Shown piece after piece: positions 10,401 to 19,800 of a stretch of DNA of 64,000 bases; within the stretch, counting starts at the first letter, position 1, and every line of letters begins with the position of its first letter. The notes beneath the pieces were generated by a model. That model did not search any database. It was not told the DNA's origin and was given only the letters and a program-made list of their open reading frames with translations. The DNA is taken from the NCBI GenBank assembly GCA_016195715.1, contig JACPZA010000010.1, positions 14,307 to 78,306 of the forward strand, read 5' to 3'. Source of the DNA: Candidatus Daviesbacteria bacterium. GTDB taxonomy: Bacteria; Patescibacteriota; Microgenomatia; Daviesbacterales; UBA10151. The position numbers and the translations under genes are program-made.

Positions 10401-10994
10401 GGTTTTTATTTACATGAACCACCTTACTTAAAATCTTTGCGTCAAATTGATCAATATGTAGCTTTAAAAATAAAAGACATTGCTGAAGAACATATTGGCA
10501 GAAAAACTACTTTGGGAGGAGTCATTATGGAAGTTAAAAAAGTTTTAACAAAAAAAAGAGCTCAAGAAATGGCTTTTGTAAAATTATTTGATGGCAGTGG
10601 CGAGATAGAAACAGTAATTTTTCCGACAATTTTTGCTCAAAATAAAGAGTTGCTTGAGAAAGAACAAGTAGTGATTTTTGTAGGTAAATTGGATAAAAGG
10701 GAGGATAGTTTTTCTTTGATTGTAGATAGTTTAGAAATATTTGATGAAGATACTATGCCTAAAAATTCTCCATCTGAAATAGAAATAGAAATTCCCAAAG
10801 ATGCGACTTCTGATTTACTCCAAAAAGTTAACTTAACATTAAGGCAATTTCCTGGAAATTCTTCAATTGCAATTTTAATTCCAGCAGGATCTGATTTTAA
10901 AAAAATGAATTTAAGTTTTACTGTTGATCCAACTACAGAGCTTGTTAAAAATATTGAACAAATTTTAGGCCCAAATGCTATCCGCTTGCTTTAA
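7419..10994 (+). CDS. dnaE: DNA polymerase III alpha subunit (start may be 7431)
   Basis: HLHTHSEYSLLDG PHP domain, RGSAAGS, PDIDAD, YGFNKAHA. Confidence 0.98.
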   Translation: MLRNMPNFVHLHTHSEYSLLDGLSKIPKLVKAAKDLGMNSLAITDHGSMYGAIEFYKACISHDIKPIIGCELYVAPRSHKSKEGKADAEPYHLTVLAKNYQGYLNLMKLVSISHLEGFYYKPRVDKELLKEFHEGLICLSGCPAGEFIRSLEEESLKKAEEVAKTYLEIFGEGNYYLELQNHFYSELLKDSTLDPVVRKDLENMNQIQASTWKAAKLISKKMEIKVVATNDLHYIKETDAPAQDALVCIQTAKFLTDLNRLRMIDTPNLYLKSPEEMQEAFLDLPQALESSVEIAQKCDLEIPLGTAKFPVFEIPEDKTPNQYLRELTFERAKLLFELTDERQKRLDYELSVIEKKKYATYFLVVQDFINWAHSQGIITNTRGSAAGSLVLYALGVTNIDPIHYLLPFERFLNPFRPSLPDIDADLADDRRDEVIRYVMNRYGEDRVAHIVTFGTMMGRAAIRDIGRVMAIPYGEVDRIAKLVPPPHQGFHKPLADAIKEVPELNDLHKNNPQGKRLLDLAVKVEGTVRHASVHAAGIVIAPEPLTNYTPLQRESNGEKIVAQYDMFSVEEVGLVKMDFLGIRNLSILGRAVEYVKNNRGIEVDLQNVDLNDKKAFEVLSKGETMGLFQLEGSGMTKHLVDLKPNSIFDIMAMIALYRPGPMGIIPEYILRKHNSKKISFFHPRMKEYLERSLGLLVYQDDVLLTAINIAGYSWEEADKFRKAMGKKIPEEMAKQKDHFIEGCVENGMERKKAEELFKLIEPFAAYGFNKAHAASYAMIAYQTAYMKANFPVEFMAAVMTAEYGDTDKIALAIEECKRMGIVVLPPDINFSSIGFSLETLKALSQEDLDRQITDIAEIQLEKKAKVPNQGIRFGLSAIKNVGMGAIESILEAKAKKSFSSLFDLCSRVDTRLVNRKTLESLIKAGALDSFGTRAAQLLSLDQCLEEAHKNAKATLTGQASLFEDEESFSSSSFNLTEVEEMSLDKLLIFEKDLLGFYLHEPPYLKSLRQIDQYVALKIKDIAEEHIGRKTTLGGVIMEVKKVLTKKRAQEMAFVKLFDGSGEIETVIFPTIFAQNKELLEKEQVVIFVGKLDKREDSFSLIVDSLEIFDEDTMPKNSPSEIEIEIPKDATSDLLQKVNLTLRQFPGNSSIAILIPAGSDFKKMNLSFTVDPTTELVKNIEQILGPNAIRLL

Positions 10995-11028
10995 AATTTG
11001 ATAGATAGTAAAATTGTAAGGTTAAAAT

Positions 11029-11370
11029 ATGATTTCAGTACTATATAAGCCAAGCTTGCCTTCTGGTGAAGGTAAAGATATAAATTTACATATTGGGGAC
11101 ACTTTAAGAGTTAAAAACACTGTGGTTGAAGGTGGTAAATCTCGTGTTCAAACTTTTGAAGGGATTCTAATTGCTATGTCTGGTCGGGGCGAAAATAAAA
11201 CAATTATGGTAAGAAGAGTTGGGGATAGAGGTATTGGAGTGGAGCGAATTTGGCCACTTAATTCAAGAAGTATTGTAGATATTGAAGTAAAGAAAAAGGC
11301 TACAAAGGTAAGAAGATCCAAGCTTTATTATCTTCGTGAGTTAACTGGTAAAGATGCTGTAAGAGTCTAG
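11029..11370 (+). CDS. rplS: 50S ribosomal protein L19
   Basis: GDTLRV..EGGKSRVQTFEG, GVERIWP, VRRSKLYYLR. Confidence 0.95.
   Translation: MISVLYKPSLPSGEGKDINLHIGDTLRVKNTVVEGGKSRVQTFEGILIAMSGRGENKTIMVRRVGDRGIGVERIWPLNSRSIVDIEVKKKATKVRRSKLYYLRELTGKDAVRV
11044..11076 (+). repeat. coding hairpin repeat, copy 1 (in rplS)
   Basis: tataagccaagcttgccttctggtgaaggtaaa; 32/33 identical to 18605..18637. Confidence 0.9.
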
Positions 11371-11792
11371 TTTCTTCTTAGATCAAAATTTTGACTTGGC
11401 TGGGGCATTTTTAAATTTGGCATCCCTTGAGTTTCATGTCCAAAGTGTTCCATGCGGATCAACTGCCCGTAGTCTCTTCTGCTAAATTCAGTTTTTATAA
11501 TTTCCTCTGCGAGGTTTAATCGGTGAGAAAGTAGTTGATGGTCTCTTCGAATACTGTTCGCCAATCCTAACCCAAATAGACCGCCAGTTGCTAAAAAAGA
11601 TAGAAATTCTAATGTTGAAGGTATCCTTGGCATTGCATAGGCTTCAACAATCCAACTCGTAAAAGCTATTCCAGTAACTGCTATATTATAAGCTAATTCC
11701 CGCCTTTTTTCATTAACTCTATCATGAGCACGTCTTAAATTGCCTAAAATGATTTCTCTGGGTAATATTTTATTAGTCCTTCCTTCAATCAT
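11367..11792 (-). CDS. hypothetical membrane protein (orphan, two hydrophobic segments)
   Basis: 141-aa ORF; TATAAT 6 nt before ATG. Confidence 0.7.
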   Translation of the reverse strand: MIEGRTNKILPREIILGNLRRAHDRVNEKRRELAYNIAVTGIAFTSWIVEAYAMPRIPSTLEFLSFLATGGLFGLGLANSIRRDHQLLSHRLNLAEEIIKTEFSRRDYGQLIRMEHFGHETQGMPNLKMPQPSQNFDLRRN

Positions 11793-11808
11793 GGCTTGAT
11801 TATAAAGT

Positions 11809-12450
11809 ATGAGTTATAATTTTAGCAAAATTATGATTTTTCCAACTTTGGATTTGGAGAGAAAACTTTGGAGTCAGGGCTATAGATTAGTTTGTGGGAT
11901 TGATGAAGTCGGCAGAGGCTGTTTTGCAGGACCAGTTGTAGCTGGAGCAGTAATTTTTGCTCCAAACTGCGAACTTATAGATGGGGTTGCAGATTCTAAA
12001 CTTCTTAAACCCAGACAAAGAGAAAAATTAGCAGTAAAAATTAAAGATCAAGCTTTGTTTTGGGCAGTTGGAGAAATCTCTGTAACTCACATTGATAAGT
12101 TAGGAATTGGTAAAGCTACCCAAATGGCTTTTCGTAAAGCAATCAAAAATTTAGCAAAAAACCCGGATGTTACCTTAATTGATGCTTTTTATATCAAACA
12201 TTTAAATAGAAAATATCAAAAAGCTGTCAAAGATGGAGATACAATTTGTGCTTCAATTTCGGCTGCATCTATTATAGCTAAAGTTTACAGGGATAAATTA
12301 ATGAGATCTTTGGATGAAAAATACCCTGAATATGGGTTTGCTAAACACAAAGGTTATGGAACAAAGCTTCATCAAGAAGCCATTAAAAAATATGGATTAA
12401 CTAGATTGCACAGAAAATCATTTAACCTAGCAAAATTTCTAACAATTTAA
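11809..12450 (+). CDS. rnhB: ribonuclease HII (likely start 11833)
   Basis: GIDEVGRG, DSK, SIIAKVYRD, HKGYGT. Confidence 0.96.
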   Translation: MSYNFSKIMIFPTLDLERKLWSQGYRLVCGIDEVGRGCFAGPVVAGAVIFAPNCELIDGVADSKLLKPRQREKLAVKIKDQALFWAVGEISVTHIDKLGIGKATQMAFRKAIKNLAKNPDVTLIDAFYIKHLNRKYQKAVKDGDTICASISAASIIAKVYRDKLMRSLDEKYPEYGFAKHKGYGTKLHQEAIKKYGLTRLHRKSFNLAKFLTI

Positions 12451-12809
12451 TGTCAACTGTTACTACTGGAAATAAAGCTGAATCTATAGCTTGTGAGTAT
12501 CTAAAAAAAATAGGCTATCAAATTTTAGCTAGAAATTATCGAATCAGAGGTGGAGAAATAGATATTGTCGCAAAAGAGAGTATGGACTTAGTTTTTGTAG
12601 AAGTTAAAGCTAGGTTTTCGCATAATTTTGGTACTCCATTTGAATCAATTACTCCTTGGAAGATAAAAGCCTTAAAAAAAACTGCTCTTTTTTATATTCA
12701 AAAAATAAATTGGGGAGATAAGGGTTACAGATTTGATGTTATTTCTATTGATTATTCTGATTCAAAACTTGACCCAAAAATAGAAATTATTAAAAATGCT
12801 TTTGTTTAA
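12450..12809 (+). CDS. yraN: YraN family endonuclease-like protein
   Basis: GEIDIVA..LVFVEVK, RFDV; rplS-rnhB-yraN synteny. Confidence 0.92.
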   Translation: MSTVTTGNKAESIACEYLKKIGYQILARNYRIRGGEIDIVAKESMDLVFVEVKARFSHNFGTPFESITPWKIKALKKTALFYIQKINWGDKGYRFDVISIDYSDSKLDPKIEIIKNAFV

Positions 12810-12830
12810 TGAAACTAAAATTGAATAACT

Positions 12831-13277
12831 ATGAAAAAAGGTGTTGATTATATTGGTGTAGGAGTCGGAGCAGCTATTATTAAAAATGGCAAAATTTTAA
12901 TAACCAAAAGAGGGAAAAAATCTAAAAATGAAATAGGAAAATGGGAGATTCCGGGTGGAAGTGTTGAATTTGGAGAAACTTTTAGAGAGGCTTTAATAAG
13001 GGAAGTCAAAGAAGCGCTGGATATTAAGATTGAAGTAGTTGAATTATTAGGTATTTGTGATCATATTATTTTGGGCGAAAAACAACATTGGGTATCCCCT
13101 ACTTACCTTTGTAAAATCAAAAAAGGGAAGCCAAAAATCAAAGAGCCTGAAAAATGTGAAGAAATTGGTTGGTTTAGTTTAGAGGAAGCTTCAAAGTTAC
13201 CTCTTTCGATCGTAACTTTATTTGACATAAAAGCACTTCAAAAGAAATTCCCAAAAGGTCTTTCTAATTTCAAATGA
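12831..13277 (+). CDS. NUDIX hydrolase
   Basis: GGSVEFGETFREALIREVKEALDI Nudix box. Confidence 0.9.
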   Translation: MKKGVDYIGVGVGAAIIKNGKILITKRGKKSKNEIGKWEIPGGSVEFGETFREALIREVKEALDIKIEVVELLGICDHIILGEKQHWVSPTYLCKIKKGKPKIKEPEKCEEIGWFSLEEASKLPLSIVTLFDIKALQKKFPKGLSNFK

Positions 13278-13336
13278 TTCTTAATAATTGTTTTTAATGA
13301 ATTTTCTGTGTTAGGATATTCGCTGTTGTCTTTTTA

Positions 13337-14884
13337 ATGGATAACTCAAAATATTGTTTAATATCTGTTTCAGATAAAGATGGAATTAGCGATTTTGCAA
13401 AAAGTATCGCTAAATTAGGCTACAAAATTATCTCCACTGGTGGAACTTTAAAACATCTTCAAAACTCTGGTTTACACCTCGGAGGTGTGAACCTAATTCC
13501 GATTGAGCAAATTACCGGTAATCCAGAAAGTTTTGATGGTAGGATGAAAACCATTAGTTTTCAAATTGAATCGGGCATTTTATTTGATAGAAAAAATCCA
13601 GAACATGTTAAACAAGCAAAAGAATTAAATATTTTACCAATTGATTTAGTAGTTTGTAATTTATATCCATTTGAAAAAGAAAATTCGATAGAAAATATTG
13701 ATGTGGGGGGACCAACTATGATTCGCTCAGCTGCTAAAAATTATCAAAATGTGATTGCGATTGTTGATCCGAAAGATTATCAAATTGTGTCAGATGCTTT
13801 AATAAGTAAAAAAGCTGATGAAGAATTCAGAAGAAAATTAGCTGCTAAAGCTTTTTGGCATTTGAGCTTTTATGATTCCCAAGTTGCCAGATTTTTTAAT
13901 AGAATTCAATTTCCAGAAGAACTAACAATTCCTTTAAAAAGATTTGGAGATTTGCGCTATGGAGAAAATCCTCACCAGAAAGCTACATTTTATTTAGAGC
14001 CAGGAACAAATTCTCCCTTAAAAAATTTAAAATGGTTTTGGGGAAGGGAATTATCTTTGGTTAACTTAACAGATATTAATGCTGGTTTAGAATCAATTAG
14101 GTCTTTTGGAAAGCCTTGTGCAGTAGTTATAAAACACAACACACCCTGTGGGATTGCCTTGGGTGAAAATTCCTCACAAGCTCTAAAGCGAGCAATTGAG
14201 GCAGATCCAGAATCAGCATTTGGTGGAGTAATTATTTTAAATAAAAGCTTTGATTTAAAGTCAGCTAAAATTATAGCTTCTTTTAAAGATGAAAGAAGGG
14301 GAAATATTGATATTATTGCTGCGCCAAAAATAGAAAAAAATGCTCTAGATTTATTAAAAAAAGTTAGAAAAACGATGGGTGTTTATGAGTTTGGAGATAT
14401 CCCAAAACAGATTAAAAATGAAACTAATTTAAAGTGGATTGAGGGTGGGTTAATTGTTCAGACACCAGACATTGATCTAGAAACTGGATTTTCTAATTGG
14501 GAAGTGGTGACAAAAATTAAGCCAACTGAAGACCAACTTGCTCAGATGAAAATTGCTTGGTTGTTTTTAACTAAAATGAGATCCAATGCAGTGATTGTGG
14601 TGGATAAAGATTTGCCAATGACTAGGGGAATTGGTACTGGGCAAACCTCTAGAGTTCGAGCTACAAAAATTGCCCTGGAGCAATCAGATAGTTTTTGCCA
14701 AGATGCAATTTTAGCATCTGACAGTTTTTTTCCGTTTGGAGACTCTGTAAAAGAAGCTGCAAAACATGGAATAGGTGCAATAATTCAACAAGGTGATTCA
14801 ATCAATGATGCTCTCTCAGTTGATGAAGCCAATAAAGCTGGAATCCCCATGATCTTTACTCACCGCCGCGCCTTCTGGCACTAA
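13337..14884 (+). CDS. purH: AICAR transformylase/IMP cyclohydrolase
   Basis: SVSDK, STGGT, GRMKT, IDVGGPTM, LRYGENPHQ, KHNTPCG, ASDSFFPF. Confidence 0.97.
   Translation: MDNSKYCLISVSDKDGISDFAKSIAKLGYKIISTGGTLKHLQNSGLHLGGVNLIPIEQITGNPESFDGRMKTISFQIESGILFDRKNPEHVKQAKELNILPIDLVVCNLYPFEKENSIENIDVGGPTMIRSAAKNYQNVIAIVDPKDYQIVSDALISKKADEEFRRKLAAKAFWHLSFYDSQVARFFNRIQFPEELTIPLKRFGDLRYGENPHQKATFYLEPGTNSPLKNLKWFWGRELSLVNLTDINAGLESIRSFGKPCAVVIKHNTPCGIALGENSSQALKRAIEADPESAFGGVIILNKSFDLKSAKIIASFKDERRGNIDIIAAPKIEKNALDLLKKVRKTMGVYEFGDIPKQIKNETNLKWIEGGLIVQTPDIDLETGFSNWEVVTKIKPTEDQLAQMKIAWLFLTKMRSNAVIVVDKDLPMTRGIGTGQTSRVRATKIALEQSDSFCQDAILASDSFFPFGDSVKEAAKHGIGAIIQQGDSINDALSVDEANKAGIPMIFTHRRAFWH
13471..13491 (+). 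repeat. RAYT-type hairpin in frame within purH
   Basis: tttacacct-cgg-aggtgtgaa; same stem as the hairpins at 55477 and 56158. Confidence 0.8.
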
Positions 14885-14928
14885 GAGTTGTTTTTAATGA
14901 TTATTTTTTTTATGATGTTGGCAATCAA

Positions 14929-15531
14929 ATGAAGAGACTTGCTGTTTTAGTTTCAAATGCTGGGACTGGGAGTAATTTACAAGCAATTATTCAAGCAATT
15001 AAAACTCAAGAATTAAAAGCTGAAATTATTTTAGTTGTAAGTGATGGAGAAGATGCAAGTGGATTAAAAAGAGCCCAAGAAAATAATATACTCACTCTAG
15101 TAATCAATTCTTCTGATAACTTATTAAAGATTCTTCAAGAAAAAAATGTTGACTATATTTGTTTAGCAGGATGGAAGCAAATTATTTCAGATGAAATGCT
15201 AGATAAATTTAAAAATAGAATTTTAAATATTCATCCTGGTTTAATTCCAGATTCGCTGGATGGTGTAGTTAAGAATCCTGATGGATCTGAGGGGTTATGG
15301 AATAAGGGAAAATTTACCAATATAGCCATTCAAAATTTTTTTGATCAACATGCAACTTATGCTGGATCAACAGTCCATTTTTTATCAAAGGAGTTTGACT
15401 TTGGAAAAGTTTTAAAAAGATGTTTTGTAAAAATAGAAAAAGAAGATAATGTTGATTCTTTATATCAAAAATTAAAAGTAGAGGAAAATAAAATTTATGT
15501 GGAGGCACTAATTCAACTTTGCAATGAATGA
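14929..15531 (+). CDS. purN: phosphoribosylglycinamide formyltransferase
   Basis: GSNLQAI, LNIHP, GSTVH..EFDFG. Confidence 0.93.
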   Translation: MKRLAVLVSNAGTGSNLQAIIQAIKTQELKAEIILVVSDGEDASGLKRAQENNILTLVINSSDNLLKILQEKNVDYICLAGWKQIISDEMLDKFKNRILNIHPGLIPDSLDGVVKNPDGSEGLWNKGKFTNIAIQNFFDQHATYAGSTVHFLSKEFDFGKVLKRCFVKIEKEDNVDSLYQKLKVEENKIYVEALIQLCNE

Positions 15532-16825
15532 GCACAGCTTTTACAATCGTAATAAAATATTAATAGTTGGTTCGGGTGGAAGAGAGCATGCTATTGGATG
15601 GAAGTTAAAACAATCACCAAAGGTTAGTGAATTATTTTTTGCACCGGGTAATGGTGGAACTTCTTTAATTGGCACAAATTTAGATTTTAAAGTTTTAGAT
15701 AATGAAGGAATTGCAAAATGGGCTAAGCGAAATAAGATTGATTTGGTAGTAGTTGGACCGGATGATCCATTAGCAAATGGAATGGTTGACTATTTAAATA
15801 AATTTGGAATTAAAGCATTTGGTCCAAGCAAATTATCTGCTGAAATTGAATCTTCAAAAGTCTTTGCTAAAAAATTAATGCAAGAAGAAAATATTCCAAC
15901 TGCAAAGTTTAAAACATTTACAAATTTTAAAAATGCTGTTGAATATCTAAAGCAACAAAATTTTCCAATTGTTTTAAAAGCCTCTGGTTTGGCACTTGGG
16001 AAAGGGGTCATAATAGCAAAGAGTGTGGAGGAGGGAGTTAAAGGCTTAGCAGATATTATGGTAAAAAAGATTTTTGAAGATGCAGGCAGTGAAGTGGTTA
16101 TTGAAGAGTTTTTAGAAGGACAAGAAATCTCTATACATGTTTTTTGTGATGGAAAAAACTATTCAATTTTTCCAAGTTCTCAAGATCACAAGGCAATTTT
16201 TGATGGAGATAAAGGACCTAACACAGGAGGAATGGGGACTATTGCGCCAGTTGGGTGGGTGAGCGATGAGTTAATGGATAGGATAGAAAAGGAGATAGTT
16301 ATCCCGACTTTAGCGGGTTTGAAAAAAAGAGGTCGAGAATTTAAAGGGATTTTATATCCAGGAGTTATGGTCACAAACAAAGGTCCAAAAGTTTTAGAAT
16401 TTAACGCCAGATTTGGGGATCCAGAGGTGGAAAGTTATTTAAGACTTTTAAAGACAGATTTATTTGATATTTTTATGGCTTGTATTGATGGAACTTTAAA
16501 TGAATTAAATATTGAATGGGAAAAAAAGTTTGCTTGTTGTATTGTTTTGGCATCTGGTGGTTATCCTGGAAGCTATGAGAAGGGGAAAGAGATCTCTGGA
16601 ATTAATGAAGCAGAAAAAATTGATGAAGTGGTAGTGTTTCATGCAGGAACAAAAGCAGAAAAAGGAAAATTACTGACAAATGGTGGACGAGTTTTAGGAA
16701 TTTCAGCGACTGGCAATAACCTGGATCAAGCTTTAGAAAAAGTATACCAAGCTATTAAAAAAGTTAATTTTGAGGGAATGCAATATAGATTAGATATTGG
16801 CAAAAGAAAACCATTTACAGTATAA
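15524..16825 (+). CDS. purD: phosphoribosylamine-glycine ligase
   Basis: GSGGREHA, QDHK, GPNTGGMG, EFNARFGDPE. Confidence 0.97.
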   Translation: MNEHSFYNRNKILIVGSGGREHAIGWKLKQSPKVSELFFAPGNGGTSLIGTNLDFKVLDNEGIAKWAKRNKIDLVVVGPDDPLANGMVDYLNKFGIKAFGPSKLSAEIESSKVFAKKLMQEENIPTAKFKTFTNFKNAVEYLKQQNFPIVLKASGLALGKGVIIAKSVEEGVKGLADIMVKKIFEDAGSEVVIEEFLEGQEISIHVFCDGKNYSIFPSSQDHKAIFDGDKGPNTGGMGTIAPVGWVSDELMDRIEKEIVIPTLAGLKKRGREFKGILYPGVMVTNKGPKVLEFNARFGDPEVESYLRLLKTDLFDIFMACIDGTLNELNIEWEKKFACCIVLASGGYPGSYEKGKEISGINEAEKIDEVVVFHAGTKAEKGKLLTNGGRVLGISATGNNLDQALEKVYQAIKKVNFEGMQYRLDIGKRKPFTV

Positions 16826-16831
16826 TTAAAT

Positions 16832-19800
16832 ATGGTTGCACGAATTGAAGTTTTTGCAAAAGTTGAAGACACTAGAGCCAAGGTCAAAAAAAAGAAGTTA
16901 GAAAGTAGTGATTTCCCCGGAAAAATTCAAGAGCTTTTTTTAGTTGATGTTTTTACTATTGATAAAAGTTTTTCTCTTTCACAGTTTGAAAAAATTGCCC
17001 GGATGTTAATAAATCCTGTCAGCCAGGAATTTGTAGTTTCAACTGAAAAAGACAAAAAATATTTAAATTTAAAAAAATTTGATTTCGCAATTGAAATAGG
17101 TTTTTTACCTGGAGTGACAGATAATATTGCGCACACTGTTAAAGAAGAAATTGAAGATTCATTTAAAGAAAAATTTGCTCAAGGAGAGAATGTTTATTCC
17201 TCACAGATAATTTTTATCTCCGGAAATTTGACTCAAAAAAACTCAGAAAATTTAGTTAAAAATCTAATTAACTCATTAATTCAACGAGCGGAAATTAAAA
17301 GTTATTCCCAATATATAAAAGATAGGGGAATGGATTTTATTGTTCCTAAAGTTAAATTAACAGGAAAAGCTGAAGTTATTGAGGTTGATTTAGATATTTC
17401 AGATGAGCAGTTAACTTTAATTGGTAAACAGGGAATTAAAAATAAAGATAATACAAGAAGAGGTCCTTTGGCGCTTGATTTAGTTTATTTAAAAGAAATT
17501 CAAAAATATTTTAAAAAATTAAACAGAAATCCAACAGATATTGAACTAGAAACTTTAGCTCAAACTTGGAGCGAGCATTGTAAACATACAATTTTTGCAG
17601 ATCCAATTGACGAAATTAAAAATGGCTTATTTAAAACTTACATCAAAGGAGCAACTGAAAAAATTAGAAAGAAAAAAGGCAAAAAGGATTTTTGTGTTTC
17701 AGTTTTTTCTGATAATTCTGGGGCAATAGAATTTGATAATAAATATTTAATTACTCATAAAGTTGAAACTCACAATTCCCCATCAGCTCTTGACCCATTT
17801 GGCGGCGCTTTAACTGGAATTGTTGGGGTGAATAGAGACACAATTGGTTTTGGACTTGGAAGTAAGCCAGTTTTAAATACTTATGGCTTTTGTTTTGCAG
17901 ATCCAAATAACTCAACTAGATATTTTAGAGATAAAGATCTAACTCAAGAGGTTTTATCAGCTAAAAAAATTATGGAGGGAGTAATTGAAGGAGTGAATGT
18001 TGGAGGAAATTGTTCAGGGATTCCTACACCCCAGGGCTTTTTATTTTTTGATGATAGATACAGAGCCAAGCCATTAGTTTTTTGCGGGACTGTTGGTTTA
18101 ATCCCGAAAAAAGCTGGAGCAAAATTATCACATATTAAAAAAGCCAAGCCAGGAGATTATATAGTAATGATTGGTGGGAGAGTTGGGTTAGATGGAATTC
18201 ATGGAGCGACATTTTCATCTGAGGAAATAAGTTCTGGTTCACCTGCAACAGCTGTTCAAATTGGTGATCCAATTACTCAAAAAAAGTTTTCAGACGCAAT
18301 AGTAAAGGATTCAAGAGATTTAAATTTATTTAATAGTATTACTGATAATGGTGCTGGAGGACTTTCTTCATCAGTTGGAGAAATGGCCAAGGAGTCTGGA
18401 GGATGTAAAGTTTTTTTAGAAAAAGTTCCGGTTAAATACCCAGGAATGCAACCTTGGCAGATTTGGATATCTGAATCACAGGAGCGAATGACTTTAGCAG
18501 TTGCCAAAAATAAATGGAAAAAATTCTCTAAACTTATGGAAAGTAGAGGAGTTGAGGCGACGATCATTGGAGAGTTTACAAACTCAGCTAAGTGTCAGGT
18601 GTTTTATAAGCAAAGCTTGCCTTCTGGTGAAGGTAAAAACAAATTAATTTTAGATTTGGAAATGGAATTTTTGCATAACGGTTTGCCAAAAATTCATCGA
18701 AAAACAAAAAAACCGAAATTAGATATTAATTCTCGATTATCCGTCGAACGAGAATATTTTTCAGCTAAAGAGGCTTTATTAAAAATGCTTTCTAGATTAA
18801 ATATTACCAGCTTTGAATTTATATCTCAGCAATATGATCATGAAGTTCAAGGAGAATCAGTCCTTAAGCCATTACAAGGTAAAGGTCGAGTAAATGGTGA
18901 GGCTACAATTTCCAGAGTTGTTTTAGATTCTGATCAAGGTGTAGTTTTATCACAAGGATTATATCCTTCTTATTCAGAGATTGATTCTTATCATATGGCT
19001 GCATCAAGTATTGATAGCGCAATTAGAAATGCAGTCTGTGTGGGAGCTAATTTAGAAAAATTAGCATTGCTGGATAATTTTTGTTGGTGTAGCAGCGATG
19101 ATCCAGAGAGGTTGTATCAATTAAAAATGGCAGCAAAAGCTTGTTATGACTATGCAGTTGCTTTTAGAACCCCATTTATTTCAGGTAAAGACAGTATGTT
19201 TAATGATTTTAAAGGATTTGATGAAAGGGGAGAGTCTGTAAAAATTTCTGTCCCCCCTACTCTATTAATTTCTTCAATTGGGATAATAGATGATATTAAA
19301 AAAGCTGTCTCTCTAGATTTAAAATTTCCAGGTGATTTAATTTATATTTTAGGTGAAACTTTTGATGAATTAGCTGGATCAGAACTTTACTTTATGTTAA
19401 ATCAATCTGGAGGTAATATTCCAAAAGTTAATGCAAAAGTTAATTTAAAACTTTATCAAAGTTTGCAAAAAGCAATTGAGCAAGAATTAGTTGCATCTGC
19501 TCAGTCTGTAAATAGAGGAGGACTTATAATTGCTTTAGCAAAAACTGCTCTAGCTGGAAAACTTGGTTTAGAAATTGATTTAAAAAAATTACCAGGAGTA
19601 GTCAAAAAAGATGATATTGCACTTTTTTCTGAAAGCCAGGGAAGAATTGTTGTCAGTGTAAGTCCAGAAAATTCTAAAAAGTTTGAAAAAATAATGAATG
19701 GAAATAATTTTAACTTAATTGGAGAAGTAAGAGGTGACAATCAATTTAAAGTTATGGGAATTTCTGGAAAAGCAATTATTGAAACTGATTTGGAAATTTT

